Assembly (NCBI RefSeq): GCF_009834535.1
Contig: NC_045696.1
Location: 117,182,001 to 117,246,000 of the forward strand
DNA length: 64,000 nucleotides
Direction: 5' to 3'
From: Camelus ferus
Lineage: Eukaryota
This document shows positions 49,128 to 62,319 of the stretch, piece by piece; the first letter of the stretch is position 1; every line of letters begins with the position of its first letter. The notes under the pieces are model-generated. The model made no database searches. It saw only the letters and a program-made list of their open reading frames with translations, and had not been told where the DNA came from. A program made the position numbers and the translations under genes.

Positions 49128-49645
49128 AGTCAAGTTGTAAGGTCATGAAACACAAAGAAAGGCTGAGGAAAAATTTTCCAGATTAAAGGAATTTTGAGAA
49201 ATATAACAATGGAATAAAATGATCAATCTTGGCTTATATCCTGGACCAGGAGAGAAAAAAAACCAGAATATTTGGGCAGTTAGTGTAATTTAATATGGTT
49301 TTAGGATTGGATGATAAAATTAAATCAATCTGATCTTTCAAGATTTGAAAATCCAATAGTGATTATGTGAGAAGTATTTAAGAGTTCGGGGATAGGATGT
49401 CTGTACTTTACTCTCAAATTGTTTAGAAAAAACTATAGATGCATACATGTACATATATACACATATGTATATATGCAAAGATATATACATATGTTTATGT
49501 ACAGAAACCTATAAATAGTGAAAAATAAAGGAAATGAGACAAAATATTAATAACCGGATAATCTGGATAAAGGTCATTATGCAGTTATTTGTACTATTTT
49601 TGTAATTTTTCTTAAAATTTAAAATTTAATATGCAAAACCCAAAG
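49128..49645 (+). mobile_element. L1MC/ME-type 3' UTR fragment
   Basis: AAGGTCATGAAA.ACAAAGAAAGGCTGAGGAA....TTCCAGATTAAAGGA...ATCTGGATAAAGG...TTTGTACTATT. Confidence 0.7.
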
Positions 49646-49679
49646 TTACAGACAAAAGGAAACAATAAATAAATAACAC

Positions 49680-51990
49680 TGCATGGTGTAAATATCAACC
49701 AGGGGTATGCTACCAGAGAAGTGCCTAAAGAAAATCTGTAACTTCAGGAGCAGACATTACAAATAAAGAATGAATATAAATGAGCTAAAAAACAGTGAAA
49801 TAAACTAGAAAAATGTCAACAAAAATCCCAAACGGTAGAACCAAAGATAAAAGATAGTGCAGAAATTAGAGAAATAGGAAAACAAGAACAACAAAAAAAT
49901 ACATCATAAGTATTAACCAATAAAATGAAAAGTTTGTTTTCTGAAGAGACCGATAAAATAAACACATTTTTGCTATGTCTGGCCCAAACGGAATGGTGCT
50001 TGGGCAGGACAACAATGTTAGGGGCCGTAACTGTGGATACAGAGGTGTGATGTTATGCCAATAAATTTCAAAACCTAGACGAAGTGGATGATATAATCTG
50101 GAAAACAAATTTCCAAAATTGGCTTCAGACAGTCAGGGAAATCTGAATAGTATATGCACATACAAATAACAAAAATGAATCTAGAAGTTCCTAAAAGACT
50201 ACCCTCAATGAGATGGATGTATTCGGGTTAATGAGAAGACTCCACATCGAAGAATGTCAGTTATCCTCAACCTAATCATAAACTTAATCTCATTTCAATC
50301 AAAATTTCATTATGATCTTTCCTGTGACTTGAGAATCCAATTCTAAATCCACATGAAAGAGAATGAGTGGGGAGGGTGTAGCTCAAGGGTAGAGGATGTG
50401 CTTAGTATGCGTGAGGTACTGGATTCAATCCCCAGTCCCTCCATTAAGATAAATAAACAAGCAAACAAACAAACAAACCTAATTACCCACCCTCCAAAAA
50501 ATTTATTTTAAAAAATAATAAATTATATAAAAAGAAAGAGAATGAATACAAGTATAACCAAGATTTCTCAGAAAATAGGAACTATTGAGAACTCCCTTTT
50601 TTCCAGATATTATGCTATGTGATAAACTTGTGTCAATTAAAGTAGAGTAATATTCATGCATAAAAAAACTGATCAGTGAAAAGTAATAGAAATCCGAGAC
50701 ACAGATCTGTATACCTGTGGAAATGCTGTATATTTTGTATGCAGTGAAAAAAGATGGTGTTGTGACAGTTAACTATTCTTTTAGAAGAATATAAAATAAT
50801 AATCTTAGGTACTTAGCTCTTACTATTCACATAAATAAAACAAAATCCCAAATAGATTAAAGATCTGTTTTTCCAAAAAATTTTATTAATCTGTTCAAAG
50901 GAACTGTGGCAAAATGTGTTTAGAATCTTAGAATAGAGTTAGGTCTTCTTAAACAAGACAAAAACTGAAAAATATCATTATGGAAAATTCTGCTATATTC
51001 TGTATTTAAAGAAAATCTCAGTAAGACAAATGATACAAAGTATGAAAACTCAAAAATTTTACAGAGAAAGTACAGATTGGGAATGATATGTTTTCATTGT
51101 TTATAATGAAAAGGATTAAAAACCAGAATCTATTTTTGAACTCTTAAAAATTACTAAAGAGACAATCAACCCAACTGAAAAAGTGGGTAAAGGACGTGAG
51201 CAGACCATTCACAGAATAAGAAATGCCGGCGGCTGACAAACACTTCAAAGATGCTTAGTGCCACGAATAACCAGGAAAACGCCACAGAGCACAACAAGAC
51301 TGATAAAAATCACAAAGCTTAATGATATTAAGAGGTAGTGAAATGTGAAGAAATGGGTATTTTTAATACTATTGATGGAAAATCAGTTCATACAGACACT
51401 TTGACTGGGATATTTCTGAACCTTTTAAAAGTAAATAAATGAGCAAATTCCTTTTAATCCTGGAATCCCACTTCTCATGATCTGTTCTGGGAGACACGCG
51501 TCTGTGTGCAGAAAGAGGCAAATGCAGTGATGTCTACTACAACATTGTTCTGATAGCAAGAAAATTTAAGAAGAAAATTCATCATTCTGTAACATTCAGA
51601 ACGAGAAGGAAAAAGCAGAGCTATACAATGGAATCGTATGTGTAATTTGGACTGAATGTGGTCAATTTATGTAAACGATGTGAAAGGGTTATCAGGACAT
51701 ATTGTTGAGTGACAAAAGCCCTACAGAAGAATAAATATGGTATTATACCATTTTAAAAAATTCATGCAAAATACATCTATATACAACTACATATCACTGT
51801 GTATACATGCATAGAAGAAGCTCCTATACCAAACTGATCTAATGAACAAAAAAATCTTTGATATCCTTAGGGAAAATATAGGAACAGACGTGCCAGATAA
51901 GGGTGACATAGCTCCATCTGTATCGTTTTCATTTTTTCACATATATTCAAGTGGAACCGCTGTAATTCATTTTTTTTTCAATTTTTAAAA
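49680..51990 (+). mobile_element. Old L1ME-type ORF2 / 3' UTR remnant, about 2.3 kb
   Basis: Successive degenerate L1 ORF2 motifs: AAACCTAGA.GAA.TGGA, GAATGTCAGTT.TCC.CAA, CAACCCAA.TGAAAAGTGGG.AAAGGAC.TGA.CAGAC, AATCCCACTTCT. Confidence 0.75.
50369..50533 (+). mobile_element. tRNA-derived SINE (Vic-1-like) with 12-bp TSD
   Basis: GGGGAGGGTGTAGCTCAAGGGTAGAG...GGATTCAATCCCCAGT.CCTCC, tail (AAAC)n...ACCTAATTACC; TSD GAAAGAGAATGA at 50355-50366 and 50534-50545. Confidence 0.9.
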
Positions 51991-53490
51991 AGAAAAACAG
52001 AAGGAAGTTATTTGTTCTGCAGCCATAACTAACCATGGGTATTATAGCCACACAAACTGGTTAAAGATTCCAAAGGTACTTTCTCTGGTGAATTATAATA
52101 CAAACACTGGCATTTCCACGTCTCTGTACGTACAGACATAAATTCCTACATTCATGTGTCTGCAGCTAGTCTAATCGAAAATTCATGTTTAAAATAATCA
52201 TGTATATATAATTTCAATGTAATATTTACATTTCTAAAAAGTTGAACTTAAAAATAATTTACCTAAACTGAATCATGTTTTCAATACACTAACAGAGTGC
52301 AGTTATTTAAAAAATACTCGGTATTTTATTGGTTGAGTAAATGCTCCATAAAATGCTTGACTTATGAATGTGAGTTTTCTACAAGAACTTCACTTATTAG
52401 AAGACAGGCTAGCAGGTAACTTTGCTCTTTCTGTTCCCTGTTGTTCAGATAAAATATAGCGAGTTTATACAGATTATTTTTATTATATTCTTGGGCCAGT
52501 TTATTTTTATAAAAAGCAATGTCAGAATGCAGTTGTATCATTTAAATACCAAACAGCTTTCATAGATTTCTTTCTGAATCATCAAAATATCCTTGGAAAA
52601 CTGTGTTTTTGGGGGCAATTGCTATATTAGTTTTCATATTTTAATTTTCTTGCCAAATACTTAAATATATTTGATAACTACCAGTGCAAACTGAAGGATT
52701 TTAAGAATGTGTTCAAGGAGATTATATTTGAGGCCTCAGAGTAACTTGCAGATCTGAAGGGGTTTCCCAAGGCTAAATGAATTCTTAGCAGGTTGATGAG
52801 AAAACCTTTCAGAAATATTTTGTAAGTTTATTTGTTAATCAGCAAATCTGATTTCTACAATATTGCCCACAGTGAACAACTAGCTATTTCCCATGGCTGT
52901 AATGCTTAGTTAAGAATGACAATTACAGGTTTTTAAAATTGTTTTTCTTTAAAAGAGAGGAGCCCCAAGAATATAAAATTTGCCTTAAAGTAAAAAGTCA
53001 CCCAGTTTCAGGCCTTTGCCCATCAAGAGCCAAGTCTCCCGAGAACTTAATAACCCGAGGCGTATGTTTGGCCCCCTCATAGTACTTAGAGGAAAGTCAA
53101 ATATTATAAATTGTAATGAAAGGTCATCATATCCTTGGATGGATGGGAGGTAATGCCTAGGTCTGATTGTAGAATCCAGCATATCTTCCTTTTAAATGTC
53201 CTTCTTTTTCTCTCTCCAAAACCTGTTGATAACCATATCCTCGAGGGAAGAGCTAGGGTCCAAACTCCAAACTTTTCTCAGAAATTAGGAAAAATAGCCA
53301 CAGCCAAGTGTGATAAAAATCAATATCCACAAAGCTATTTTCATAATCCATTTGATGTATTTTTATTATTATTTGAGAGAGAAAAGTACAGAGAAGAGAA
53401 TAATACAAATGAAGAAAAATTTACGGAAAAATCACATGACCAATAAACAATTTTGAATGCCTCTGGAAGTTGGTAAAAATGCTTTACATT

Positions 53491-54233
53491 TATATATATG
53501 TTCTTTTTCATTATAGGTTATTACAGGATATTTAATATAGTTCCCTATGCTATAGTAGGTCCTTGTTTTTAATCTGCTTTATATATAGTAGTTTGTATCT
53601 GCAAATCCCAAGCTCCTAATTTATCCCTTTCCCCCCACTTTCTCCTTCGGTAACCATACATTCATTCTCTATGTCTGTGAGTCTGTTTCTGTTCTGTAAA
53701 TAAGTTTATTTGCATCATTCTTTTAGGTTTCACTTATAAGTGATATCATGTGGCATTTGTCTTTCTCTGTCTGACTTACTTCGTTTAGTACGACAATCTT
53801 TAGGTCCATCCACGTTGCTATTGTATGTAATAACAGCATATATATCTCTCACAGCTTCTTTATCCAGTCATCTGTCGATGGACATTTAGGTTGCTTCCAT
53901 GTCTTGGCTATTGTAAACAGAGTCTTTATGAACACTGAGGTGCACGTATCTTTTCAAATTCTTGTTTCCTCCAGATATATGTCGAGGGGTGAGATTGCTG
54001 GGTCATCTAGTAAGTCTATTTTTAGTTTTTTAAGGAATCTCTATCCTGTTCTCCATAGTGGCTGCAATAAATTACATTCCCACCAGCAGTGTAAGTGTGG
54101 GTTCCCTTTTCTCCACACCCTCTCTGGCATTTATCATTTGTGGGCTTCTTAACACTGGTCATTCAGACTGAGGTGCGATGATACCTCATTGTAGTTTGAT
54201 GTGCATTTCTCTGATAATTAGCGATATTGAGCA
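53491..54233 (-). mobile_element. Cetartiodactyl-type L1 (ORF2 end plus 3' UTR)
   Basis: Homologous to 3043-3656; extends to TTACATTCCCACCAGCAGTG...CTCATTGTAGTTTGAT.TGCATTTCTCTGAT. Confidence 0.92.
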
Positions 54234-54587
54234 GAAGATGAAATTTATAAATTAATTGAAAAAATTTCCTAATATTTCCCCCTCTAAACTCACACTCACC
54301 CCAATTTGAAGAAAAGTGCAATACAGAGTGAGTAGAGAGTTCAGGAGACCATGATCTACCTAACAACCTCATGTCAAAAGCTGTCTGATTCACCATTTTC
54401 AAAGCCTCCATCCTAAGATGAGAGAAAGAGTTAAAGCTTAGGGATGTCTCTCTTAAGGAAATGCATTCCTGAGTAAGGAAGTGAACCCTGGCACCAGATG
54501 TATAACAACTTGTCGAAAGAGAAAGAAGAGAGAGGCCAGGTCACCCAGCAAAGGGAGGAAATAGCCCAGTTAAGCCATAGTCTCCCC

Positions 54588-54645
54588 ATCTCTCTCTCTC
54601 TCTCACACACACATATACACACACATGCACGCATGCACACACATT
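54588..54645. repeat. Compound (CT)n(CA)n microsatellite
   Basis: Directly visible. Confidence 0.9.
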
Positions 54646-54879
54646 CTCACTGTCCATCTCTCTCAGCACTGAAGGGCTACAGAGGTGATAAAAGGACATC
54701 CATACACAGTCCTTGAACTGTACCTTGGAGGGTAAAAGAAACAGATCTCAGATAAAATAATAAATGTCAAGGAAAATGTACCCACAATGTACAAAACAGC
54801 GAGATCTTGAGAGAACTTCCTATGCTCAGTAAGAGGAAGATGAAAACAAGAAGCACAAAAAAATTGTCTGAAAAAGCCC

Positions 54880-54990
54880 AGGAGGAGGAGGAAGAGGAAG
54901 AGGGAAAAGGAAGGGAAGAAGGAAGGAAGGGAAGGAAAGAAAAAGGAAGGGAAGGGGGAAGGAGGAAGGTGAGAGAGAGGAAGAGAGCAG
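54880..54990. repeat. GA-rich low-complexity tract
   Basis: GGAGGAGG...GGAAGGAA... Confidence 0.9.
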
Positions 54991-55026
54991 GCCACAGGTC
55001 TGTGAAGACTGTTCACAGTTGACTTG

Positions 55027-55185
55027 ACATTCAAAAATCAATGACTGTAATTCAGCATCTTAACACACTACAAGAAGAAAAACCATTCAATCAGATCATC
55101 TCAATAGAAATAACAGAAAAAAAATCATTTCACCAGACGAAGCCCCCACTCATTATAAAAATGCTCAGCCAACAAAATAGACCAA
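55027..55185 (+). mobile_element. L1 ORF2 reverse-transcriptase remnant
   Basis: Translation VIQHLNTLQEEKPFNQIISIEITEKKSFHQTKPPLIIKMLS resembles L1 ORF2 [34 protein letters not shown]. Confidence 0.7.
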
Positions 55186-55569
55186 GAGATCTTCCGCAAG
55201 ACACTGCACCTCATTATCAGTTCAGAGAAATGATCAAGAAGATCCATGGAGCATTACAAAAGGAAGGAGATTCGAGGACGTGCAGGCATCACTAGGCTGT
55301 GTCACTGTCACTCCTCATTCCTGGGTCCACTTGCAGGCCGTGGTCTTCTTACAAGGAATGTTTTACCAGTGGGAGGGGGCCAGTGGGTTCATTTAAAAGA
55401 TGGAAGGCCTGGTCTCATGGGTTGAACCAATACCAAAACTCACCCAATGTGATCATGAACAGCCACCCTCCTGTTTTCAAATTCTCTATAACCCTAGAAC
55501 TCTATCCAATTTCTCCTTCTGAACCTCTGTTGATGTATTTTTTATTTCCCTTTCTTAGATGACCTCCCT

Positions 55570-55885
55570 GGCTTTTATTTGAGTTAATAATTATATTGTT
55601 CTAATCAGCTGCTGACCCTTGGGGACAGAGCTGTGCCTTCATCATCTTTTCATCCCCCAGAATGAAGATGAGAACTTCTCTCATAGGTTTTTCTCAAAAA
55701 GTCCTTGTTAAGAAATTGAATAAGATGGGACAGAACCAGAAAGAAGAAATAAGAAGTCTTGAATTCTAAGCCTGACCCAGTCATTGACCAGTTCTAGGAC
55801 CCTGTAGAAGTCTCCTTGGGTTTCAGTTTCCTTTTCTATTCAACCAAACAGTTAGCATTAACTGCAGGGTTTTAAGATTCCTACC
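55570..55885 (+). mobile_element. L2 tail followed by MIR fragment
   Basis: CCCTTGGGGACAGAG.TGTG.CTT.ATCATCTTT.CATCCCC; then TGAATTCTAAGCCTG...TTCAGTTTCCT. Confidence 0.55.
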
Positions 55886-57489
55886 ATCTGTAAACCTGTG
55901 TTTTGTTATAAATTTTAAAAGATAAACTTAAAAACGACTTCTCTTTTAAATCCAGAGATGATGTCCTTGTATGTTCTTGCCAGATGTTGTCTTCACCATA
56001 AAGACAAAGGGAAGAAGCAACCCAGAAAACAGGTCCGTGATGGAAACTGTAGCCGTAACCTACCCAGGTGTTCAAAGTAGGACACCTCCTGGGGGCCCCC
56101 ACAGGGCTGTGGTGAGGCCAAAGATCAGAGGACCTAAGAAATCTGGGGGAGATAAGAGGGTCGCAGGTGTGTCTACAGTTGAAGTCTGTACTGTAGATCA
56201 CTCTGAAGTCTGGAGGGGAAGAAAGATCAATATATCCTTTTTAGAGACTGAGTTGATGCAGGGACTGTTGCCGGAGTGAGACTGGCCTAATGATTTTATC
56301 TCATCCTCTGTCTGACTTCCCTCCAGTGAATCTTGTAAGGGAACCAGCTACCTGATCCTTTAATCCTGCTAACATTTTATAAAAGAAGATTCAAATTAGT
56401 TTTGCTATTCCAGATGCTTTATATGCAAATGAGCGTCAGAACTGGTGGCAACTGAAATATGAAGCAGACTCCATGATCTGTTGGAGGAAACACTCCCACC
56501 TGAGCATCCTCTCTAATCAGCGGGATGGGTTAGTTCTTTTCTTGCCGCTCCAGGCTTCCTTTTCACAAGGACTGAATGGCAGAATCTTCAGCTAAGCACG
56601 GTGACTCTTTGACCCCAAGGAGGAACTCTACAGGTTCCCTTCGTGTGTGATTGGCTTCCGCTTTCCCCAGACGACACGAGGCTGGCTACCCCTGCCTTCC
56701 ATCAAAAGTATTACCTATGCAGTATTAATCAGAGTCTGCAAGTCAAATATTAAGATCATTCCTTGGGGTAATCCAATGGTACAACTTTGCCATTTTATTT
56801 TCCCCTTTGCAACTCTAACTAGACTAGGGAGACTGAAACATTGAGCTAGGAATTATTTATTTAAAGGCACAATCCCACACACACAGACTCCGGATGAAGA
56901 TTGCTCACTCTTCTTTGTAACAAAAGTGGTATTTTAATGCAGAGCAGTGTGGGGCCTCCACCTTGCCTGTGGGCCAGCTCTCACATCCTCCCTTGTAGCC
57001 TGGCATTTGCCCTCTAGCATTCCCGTGTTGCCTGGCTCCAAATGGAAGTGCTCTTAATTTCAAATGATTTATTGGGGACAAGTGGGAGGCCCGTCTGATC
57101 TAAGTCCGTTTGTATTTGGCTTCCTGTGTCTCAGGAGTGATTTGAAGATGATAGCTTCTGTTGTAAACCAGCAATAGGAAGAAGAGAAACACCCACCTGC
57201 TCTGGGGATAGAGCTAGCTGGTGTTTCACGCAGCTGCCTGGTGCCACTTTTTTTGCAGCAATGAAATGAATCATGTCTGAAGATGGCAGCTAAGTCATGG
57301 ACTGGCGGGGAAATTTGTGCAATTCCCATTGAGTTTTTGGTGGAGGGCAGTCTGGCTGGATTGCTCAAAGAGCGGAGGGCTGGCCTTAGTGACCCTGACA
57401 TCGGTGGCGGTGTCACTGACTGCAGTCTCTCCGTTGTCCTGCTCCTACAGCACTCAACGTCTGCTACAACATGCTCCAGATTTCACAGA

Positions 57490-57804
57490 ACACACATAGA
57501 AAATAAACTTCCGGTTACCGAGGACGGGGCAGGGGAGGGGTGGGAAACGAGGGGAGGGATAAAATGGGAGTCCGAGATTTGCAGATCCTAACTAGTATAT
57601 ATAAAATAAACAACAAGGTTCTCTGTAAAGCACAGGGAACTATATTCAATATCTTCTGGTAACTTATAATGAGAAAGAATATGAAAACCAATATATGCAT
57701 GTACATGTATGGTTGAAGCATTATGCTGTACACCAGAAATTGACACAACATTGTAAACTGGCTATACTTCAGTAAAAAAAGATTAAAAAGTTTAAAAAAA
57801 AAAG
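57490..57804 (+). mobile_element. Relatively young L1 3' UTR
   Basis: ACATAGAAAATAAACTT..GGTTACC...GGGAGGGATAAA.TGGGAG...GCACAGGGAACTATATTCAATATCTT...CATTGTAAACTG.CTATACTTCA plus A-tail. Confidence 0.92.
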
Positions 57805-57844
57805 AAATGACATTTTAAAAAATGTTTATTTCCAGCATTAGCTT

Positions 57845-57945
57845 ATAATCTACTCATAGGGAAGGGACTATGCTTACATTCTGTTGATTCTTCACAGAGC
57901 CAAGTAAATAGTACATACTCGAGAAAAAATGTTAAGTGAATGAAC
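57845..57945 (+). mobile_element. L2 3' tail
   Basis: GGGAAGGGACTATG...ATGTTAAGTGAATGAA. Confidence 0.55.
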
Positions 57946-58087
57946 TAAAACTTTTTTTTTTCAGCTAAAGTAAGTGCATCCTCATGGGGAAGGGTGTTGT
58001 ATTTAAATAGTGGCGTCTGATGAGAATACATTGCACGACCTGTTGCTACTGGTTCTCTTTAATAAATTGTCAAAGAAAAGATTAAAG

Positions 58088-58297
58088 CAGCATTGTCCAA
58101 TACAACTTTCTGCAGAAATGGGAGTGTTCTATCTCTGCACTGTCCAGTGTGGGAGACACTAGCCACTGGTGGCTTCTGAATACTTGAAATGTGGCCAGTG
58201 TGATTGAGAAACTGTATTTTAAATTTCATTTAACTTTAATTATTTTACATTTAAGTCACCACAAGTGGCTTATAGCTACTGTACTGGATTGCACAGA
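58088..58297 (+). mobile_element. MER3 (hAT-Charlie)
   Basis: CAGCATTGTCCAATACAACTTTCTGC...TGTTCTAT.TCTGCACTGTCCA...CACTAGCCAC...CTTGAAATGTGGC. Confidence 0.85.
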
Positions 58298-58419
58298 TCT
58301 AGAGCTATCCTCAGGAAAAAACAGAAAAAAGGGTACGACTTCTTGATGGTTTTCAGAGAGAAAATGCAGCGTGGTGTGTCGTAAGTGGTTAACATCACGT
58401 TCATCATCAACGCGGCAAA

Positions 58420-58600
58420 GTATGTTAGGAGCCCGAGCTTGGGAATGAGGCAGATCTCAGTTTGCATCTTTGGCTCTTCCACTTACTAGCTATGTGACCT
58501 TGAATAACTCACTGTTATTACTGGCATGCAAAATTGCCCTGCCTGCCAAATATGTCAGGATGAAATCCTTAATTTTTTGGAGAAGATACGATAGGATGCA
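58420..58600 (+). mobile_element. MIR fragment
   Basis: GGCTCTTCCACTTACTAGCTATGTGACCTTG. Confidence 0.7.
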
Positions 58601-58667
58601 GCTTCGTTCTAAAAATGAGTTGCTGGTGAGGGTCCTGGGCCATCCCGGCTGCAGAGAGCATTAATAG

Positions 58668-59310
58668 AGTTATGTCACCAAGATGGTGACAGAGGTCGTT
58701 TTTGACTTCAGTCCCCTTCTTGAGAAGACCAACTAGGAACTAACCATCGAGAAGACACCATTGTGCAAATCCCAGAACCCAGGGATGAGGCTGGAGCACC
58801 ACCCTGGACTACAGAGACAGAGAAGGACCATGTAAGAAGGATTACAGGAGTGACCACATTCTGACAGCATTGCCCTCCCCCCCGGCCAGGTCAGTGCTGC
58901 ACTGAGAGGACTCCTTGGTCCTATGGTTTCTGCAGAAGGGAAAAGAGAGTCCAAGGCAGACATCCAGCTCACCCAGCATTGCAAGACACTTCCTGGGAGG
59001 CCCACTCAAGTCTTAAGAGACCGGGGTCACTAGGCACCCCTGCAGGTCTCTATCACTAGGGACCACAGGGGGATGGAGAAGGGGCAGTGATTACAGCAAC
59101 TAGCACTCAGACCTTGGTGGAGAACATTCCTGCCTGCAGCAGAGCCCACACAGAGACCTCAGCCAGCAGCTTTGGCCATCTGCAGAGCCAAGCAGGTCTT
59201 AGAAATGAACCAGTTGGATCTGAGCTAATAAACCCAGCAGCCCAGGAAATTCACATGATTCCAGGCTGCGATCAACCCACAGGGAGCCACGACTGATACT
59301 CTAGTCTCCC
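58668..59310 (+). mobile_element. L1M-type 5' UTR fragment
   Basis: Starts GTCACCAAGATGG (YY1-like L1 5' motif); GC-rich ...AGGCTGGAGCACC.CCCTGGAC.ACAGA...; no ORF1 follows. Confidence 0.6.
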
Positions 59311-60419
59311 ACTCCCAGGAGGAGGAGGGTACCTCTTCTCGCATGTGCCTTTGGGCACATCATCAGGGATCAAAACATGTTCTCTGAACTATCTCTTTCC
59401 TTCGCCCAAACCAAACAGTCTCCCATACAGAAACACCTGCACATTTTTAAGAACCTCTATCAACCAAAAGGGGTGGATTCATTAATCAACTGAAGTTGAC
59501 ACAAACGTTAGCATTCTTTACTAGCGCGCAGAAAAGCACTGTGGTCCTAGATTGTTATCTCAAATCTTCCTTTCATTCCTCCAGGCATCTAAGGAAACAA
59601 GCCCTTTCCATTGATATCTCTGCGTCATAGTCTTTCTCCTCAGCAATAATAACAAATCGGTGCACTTCTTGGGAGCAAAATTAAAAGCAAAAAATTTGAA
59701 CAAGTTTGGGTTTGTTGTGATAAATATTTCGGAGAGCCAGAGCGAGTTCTTAAGTGCTTTATTGTGACAGATGTATTCCTCTATTTTGGGAAAAGTTGTG
59801 ATCACCATCAAATATGTTCACAAATTTGCAACATCTTCCCCATTAAAGGCTGGATTCTTAACGAAGCAAAATTTTAGAGTGATGATCTTGAAGGATTGGG
59901 ACTCCAGAAGAAAATATTTGATGGTCTTCATAGAAATGCTAGACAAGAGAAAAATATAACCTGTGTAATACTGAAGTACAGTATTGAAGATGTAATTGAA
60001 AGTGATGAACAATTTTTTTTCTTTAAATTTCCAGCACGGGTTCATAGATTTCATACTGTGGGTTTTCCAGGAGTTGCTTAATACCTTGTGAAGGGGTTAA
60101 ACCATTGAAGGATAAAAGAAAAAAAAAGACTCGGATGAATTTAGATTTTTAAGATCTTAATCTCTGAAAAGATGGTAGGTCTCTCTATGTAATTCAAAAT
60201 AATATAAAAGCAATTCTGAACTGTAAAATAAGAGTAAGAAAATCCAGTAAAATTGAGATTCTTCTCATTATTTTTAATAACATTATAAAATAAAATATTT
60301 CCAAATATTTTTCTAATTTTTTGGTGCCTCTGCTTTGTGGGTATCCTAAACACGTGCCTGGTCTCCTGTAGGGTAATCTAGCCATGAGGGCCGCTAGCTT
60401 TTCACCTAAAGACTCACTT

Positions 60420-60790
60420 ACTCCTTTATTCCACAGACGTTTATTAGGTCAGTTATTTGAAAGACTGGGGATTCACAGAAAAAGTCAAGTCCTTCCTCTG
60501 AAAGGGCCTGAAATCTAGTAGAGCGGTAAAGATTCATGTAGCAGCAGTGTGGTGAGAATGACCAAGTTCTGAGAAGGGTTCAACAAGAGTGATGAACAAG
60601 AAAGCAAACTCCAGAGATGGAGGCTTTTCCAGAGATGATACCTGAGGTGGATCTGGACCCCTGACCCACGTGGAGAAGGAAGAGGGGGTTCTTGGTCCAT
60701 GACATGGTGTTGGGTCCTTTAAAAAAGGGCCACTCGAACAGAAGCAGGGGAACTGCAGTTGGTTCCAAGTTCTGGGCAAAGGATCTCAGA
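60420..60790 (-). mobile_element. L2 fragment
   Basis: TTTATTCCACAGAC.TTTATT...GGAGGCTTTTCCAGAG...GA.ACCTGAG.TGG. Confidence 0.55.
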
Positions 60791-61329
60791 GCCACTCTGA
60801 CCTGTGTCCTTCCTCCTTGTCTTTCTTTAGGGTCACTGATGTTCTAGAGCTGCCCTGCTTGTTCAAATTGTGTTCTGAACCTTTGAGTTCCCATAGTCAG
60901 GACCTTTATAATGGATCACAGCCCTCTTACCACCTGACAGTAGGTTAAATATCTGGAAACATTTCACATTTCCTTTTGCCTCCATTTGTACAAACAGTCC
61001 CCTTTGTGACTAGCATATAGTCTGAGAGATCTTTCCCTCTGTCCACATTTATTATGTCAGATTTATGTAACTGTAATGCATCTCTTAATTTGATGTGTGG
61101 ATCCGGGGCGTGGGAGAGGACATGCATAGATTTAAGTGGTACCCTGGTGCCTCAATGTCTGAGCACCTGAATGCATCTGGGGACTGTTACACAGCTAATT
61201 GGCAGGTGTCGTACATCGCAAATACAACGATCTCCCAAGCTTCAAAAGATAGCCACTTCCTAGGATCCCTAAAAAGAAACATTCAAGGGTGTCTCCTTCC
61301 TATTTGTTGACTGTGCAAAGCTGATTGCC

Positions 61330-62210
61330 ATAATGATGGCAGTGGGCTAAATTAGGGGTGCCACGGAGACAGAGACAGTAGAGGGCAGACGAGGTGCCTG
61401 GCATGTATAAGCATCAAGGAAAGTTTATTCCTCTGAGCCTAGCTTGGGATATTCTATCCCCTAGGTTGGGAAGGTGGGCATCATATTTCTTCACATTCCC
61501 CGTGGAAGATGGGTCTTTCTGTTATCTGGTATCAAGAAAAGCCCAGGTAGCTCATGGCTACCGGGAGATGGAGACAAGTGTGTGTGTGTAGATTTCAGGG
61601 GAGTGAGGATGAAGGCGTTCTAGGTCCAGTGAGAGGTCGCTGCCAGTAGGCAAAAGATCACGGAGAGCAGCACATGGCTTGGTACCGCCCCGCATGTTGG
61701 CAGAGGGGTAGCAAATGGAACCAAATGTGATGAGGCACATTACAAACCACGCCAAGAATTTATACCTTCGCTAATCATTAGACAACGGAGATCACCCCTT
61801 GGGTTTTAAATTGGGAAGCCGCATGTTCAGATCAGTGTTTGAGAGAAACTTACCTGCAGTTTGACACATAGGTTGAAGATGCTCCTAGTGGCAGGATTGT
61901 CTGCTTACAGCTGATGCCAGTAGTAAAAGTTATAAGGCCACAAAAAAAAAAAAAGTGTTGGGGACCTGAATTAAGGCAACAGAGGTATTGAGGATGGGAA
62001 TGATAGAAAGGAATTCAAGGGCACCCAGGAAACAAAACAAAAGAAGTACTTAGTGATTAGAAGAGGATTAGAAAAACATCTAAAACATTTCTCTTTTGGC
62101 TTTAGTGGGGAGGGGGGTTGCTGAACAGGGACCAGTAGCCCAAATAAGGAATTAGCAGAAGGTCTGGGGATAAAGCACAGAGGAAGGAAATGGTTCTGAA
62201 GTAGCTGAAC
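61330..62210 (-). mobile_element. Degenerate L2 fragments
   Basis: ...GGTTTTAAATTGGG...CATGTTCAGATC.GTGTTTGAGA...GACCTGAATTAAGGCA. Confidence 0.5.
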
Positions 62211-62319
62211 CTACATTCATTCATTTATTCACTTTGAAAGCTTGATTCTTTGCTTTTATATAGATATAAGAAGGCCCTTCTCACCATTAAGGTCCTGCTA
62301 GACCTGACTGTTTCTAATT

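Noticed and set aside
50369..50445. tRNA-Ala-like genes (also at 35215-35287 and 40010-40086)
   Set aside because: Degenerate stems, A-rich tails and TSDs indicate SINEs rather than functional tRNA genes.
54663..55041. Overlapping ORFs with poly-E or F/P/S-rich translations
   Set aside because: Products of the GA-rich low-complexity tract.
57069..57591. Overlapping 115-aa and 102-aa ORFs in a GC-richer patch
   Set aside because: No recognisable homology or convincing splice-site pair; the + ORF runs into an L1 3' UTR.
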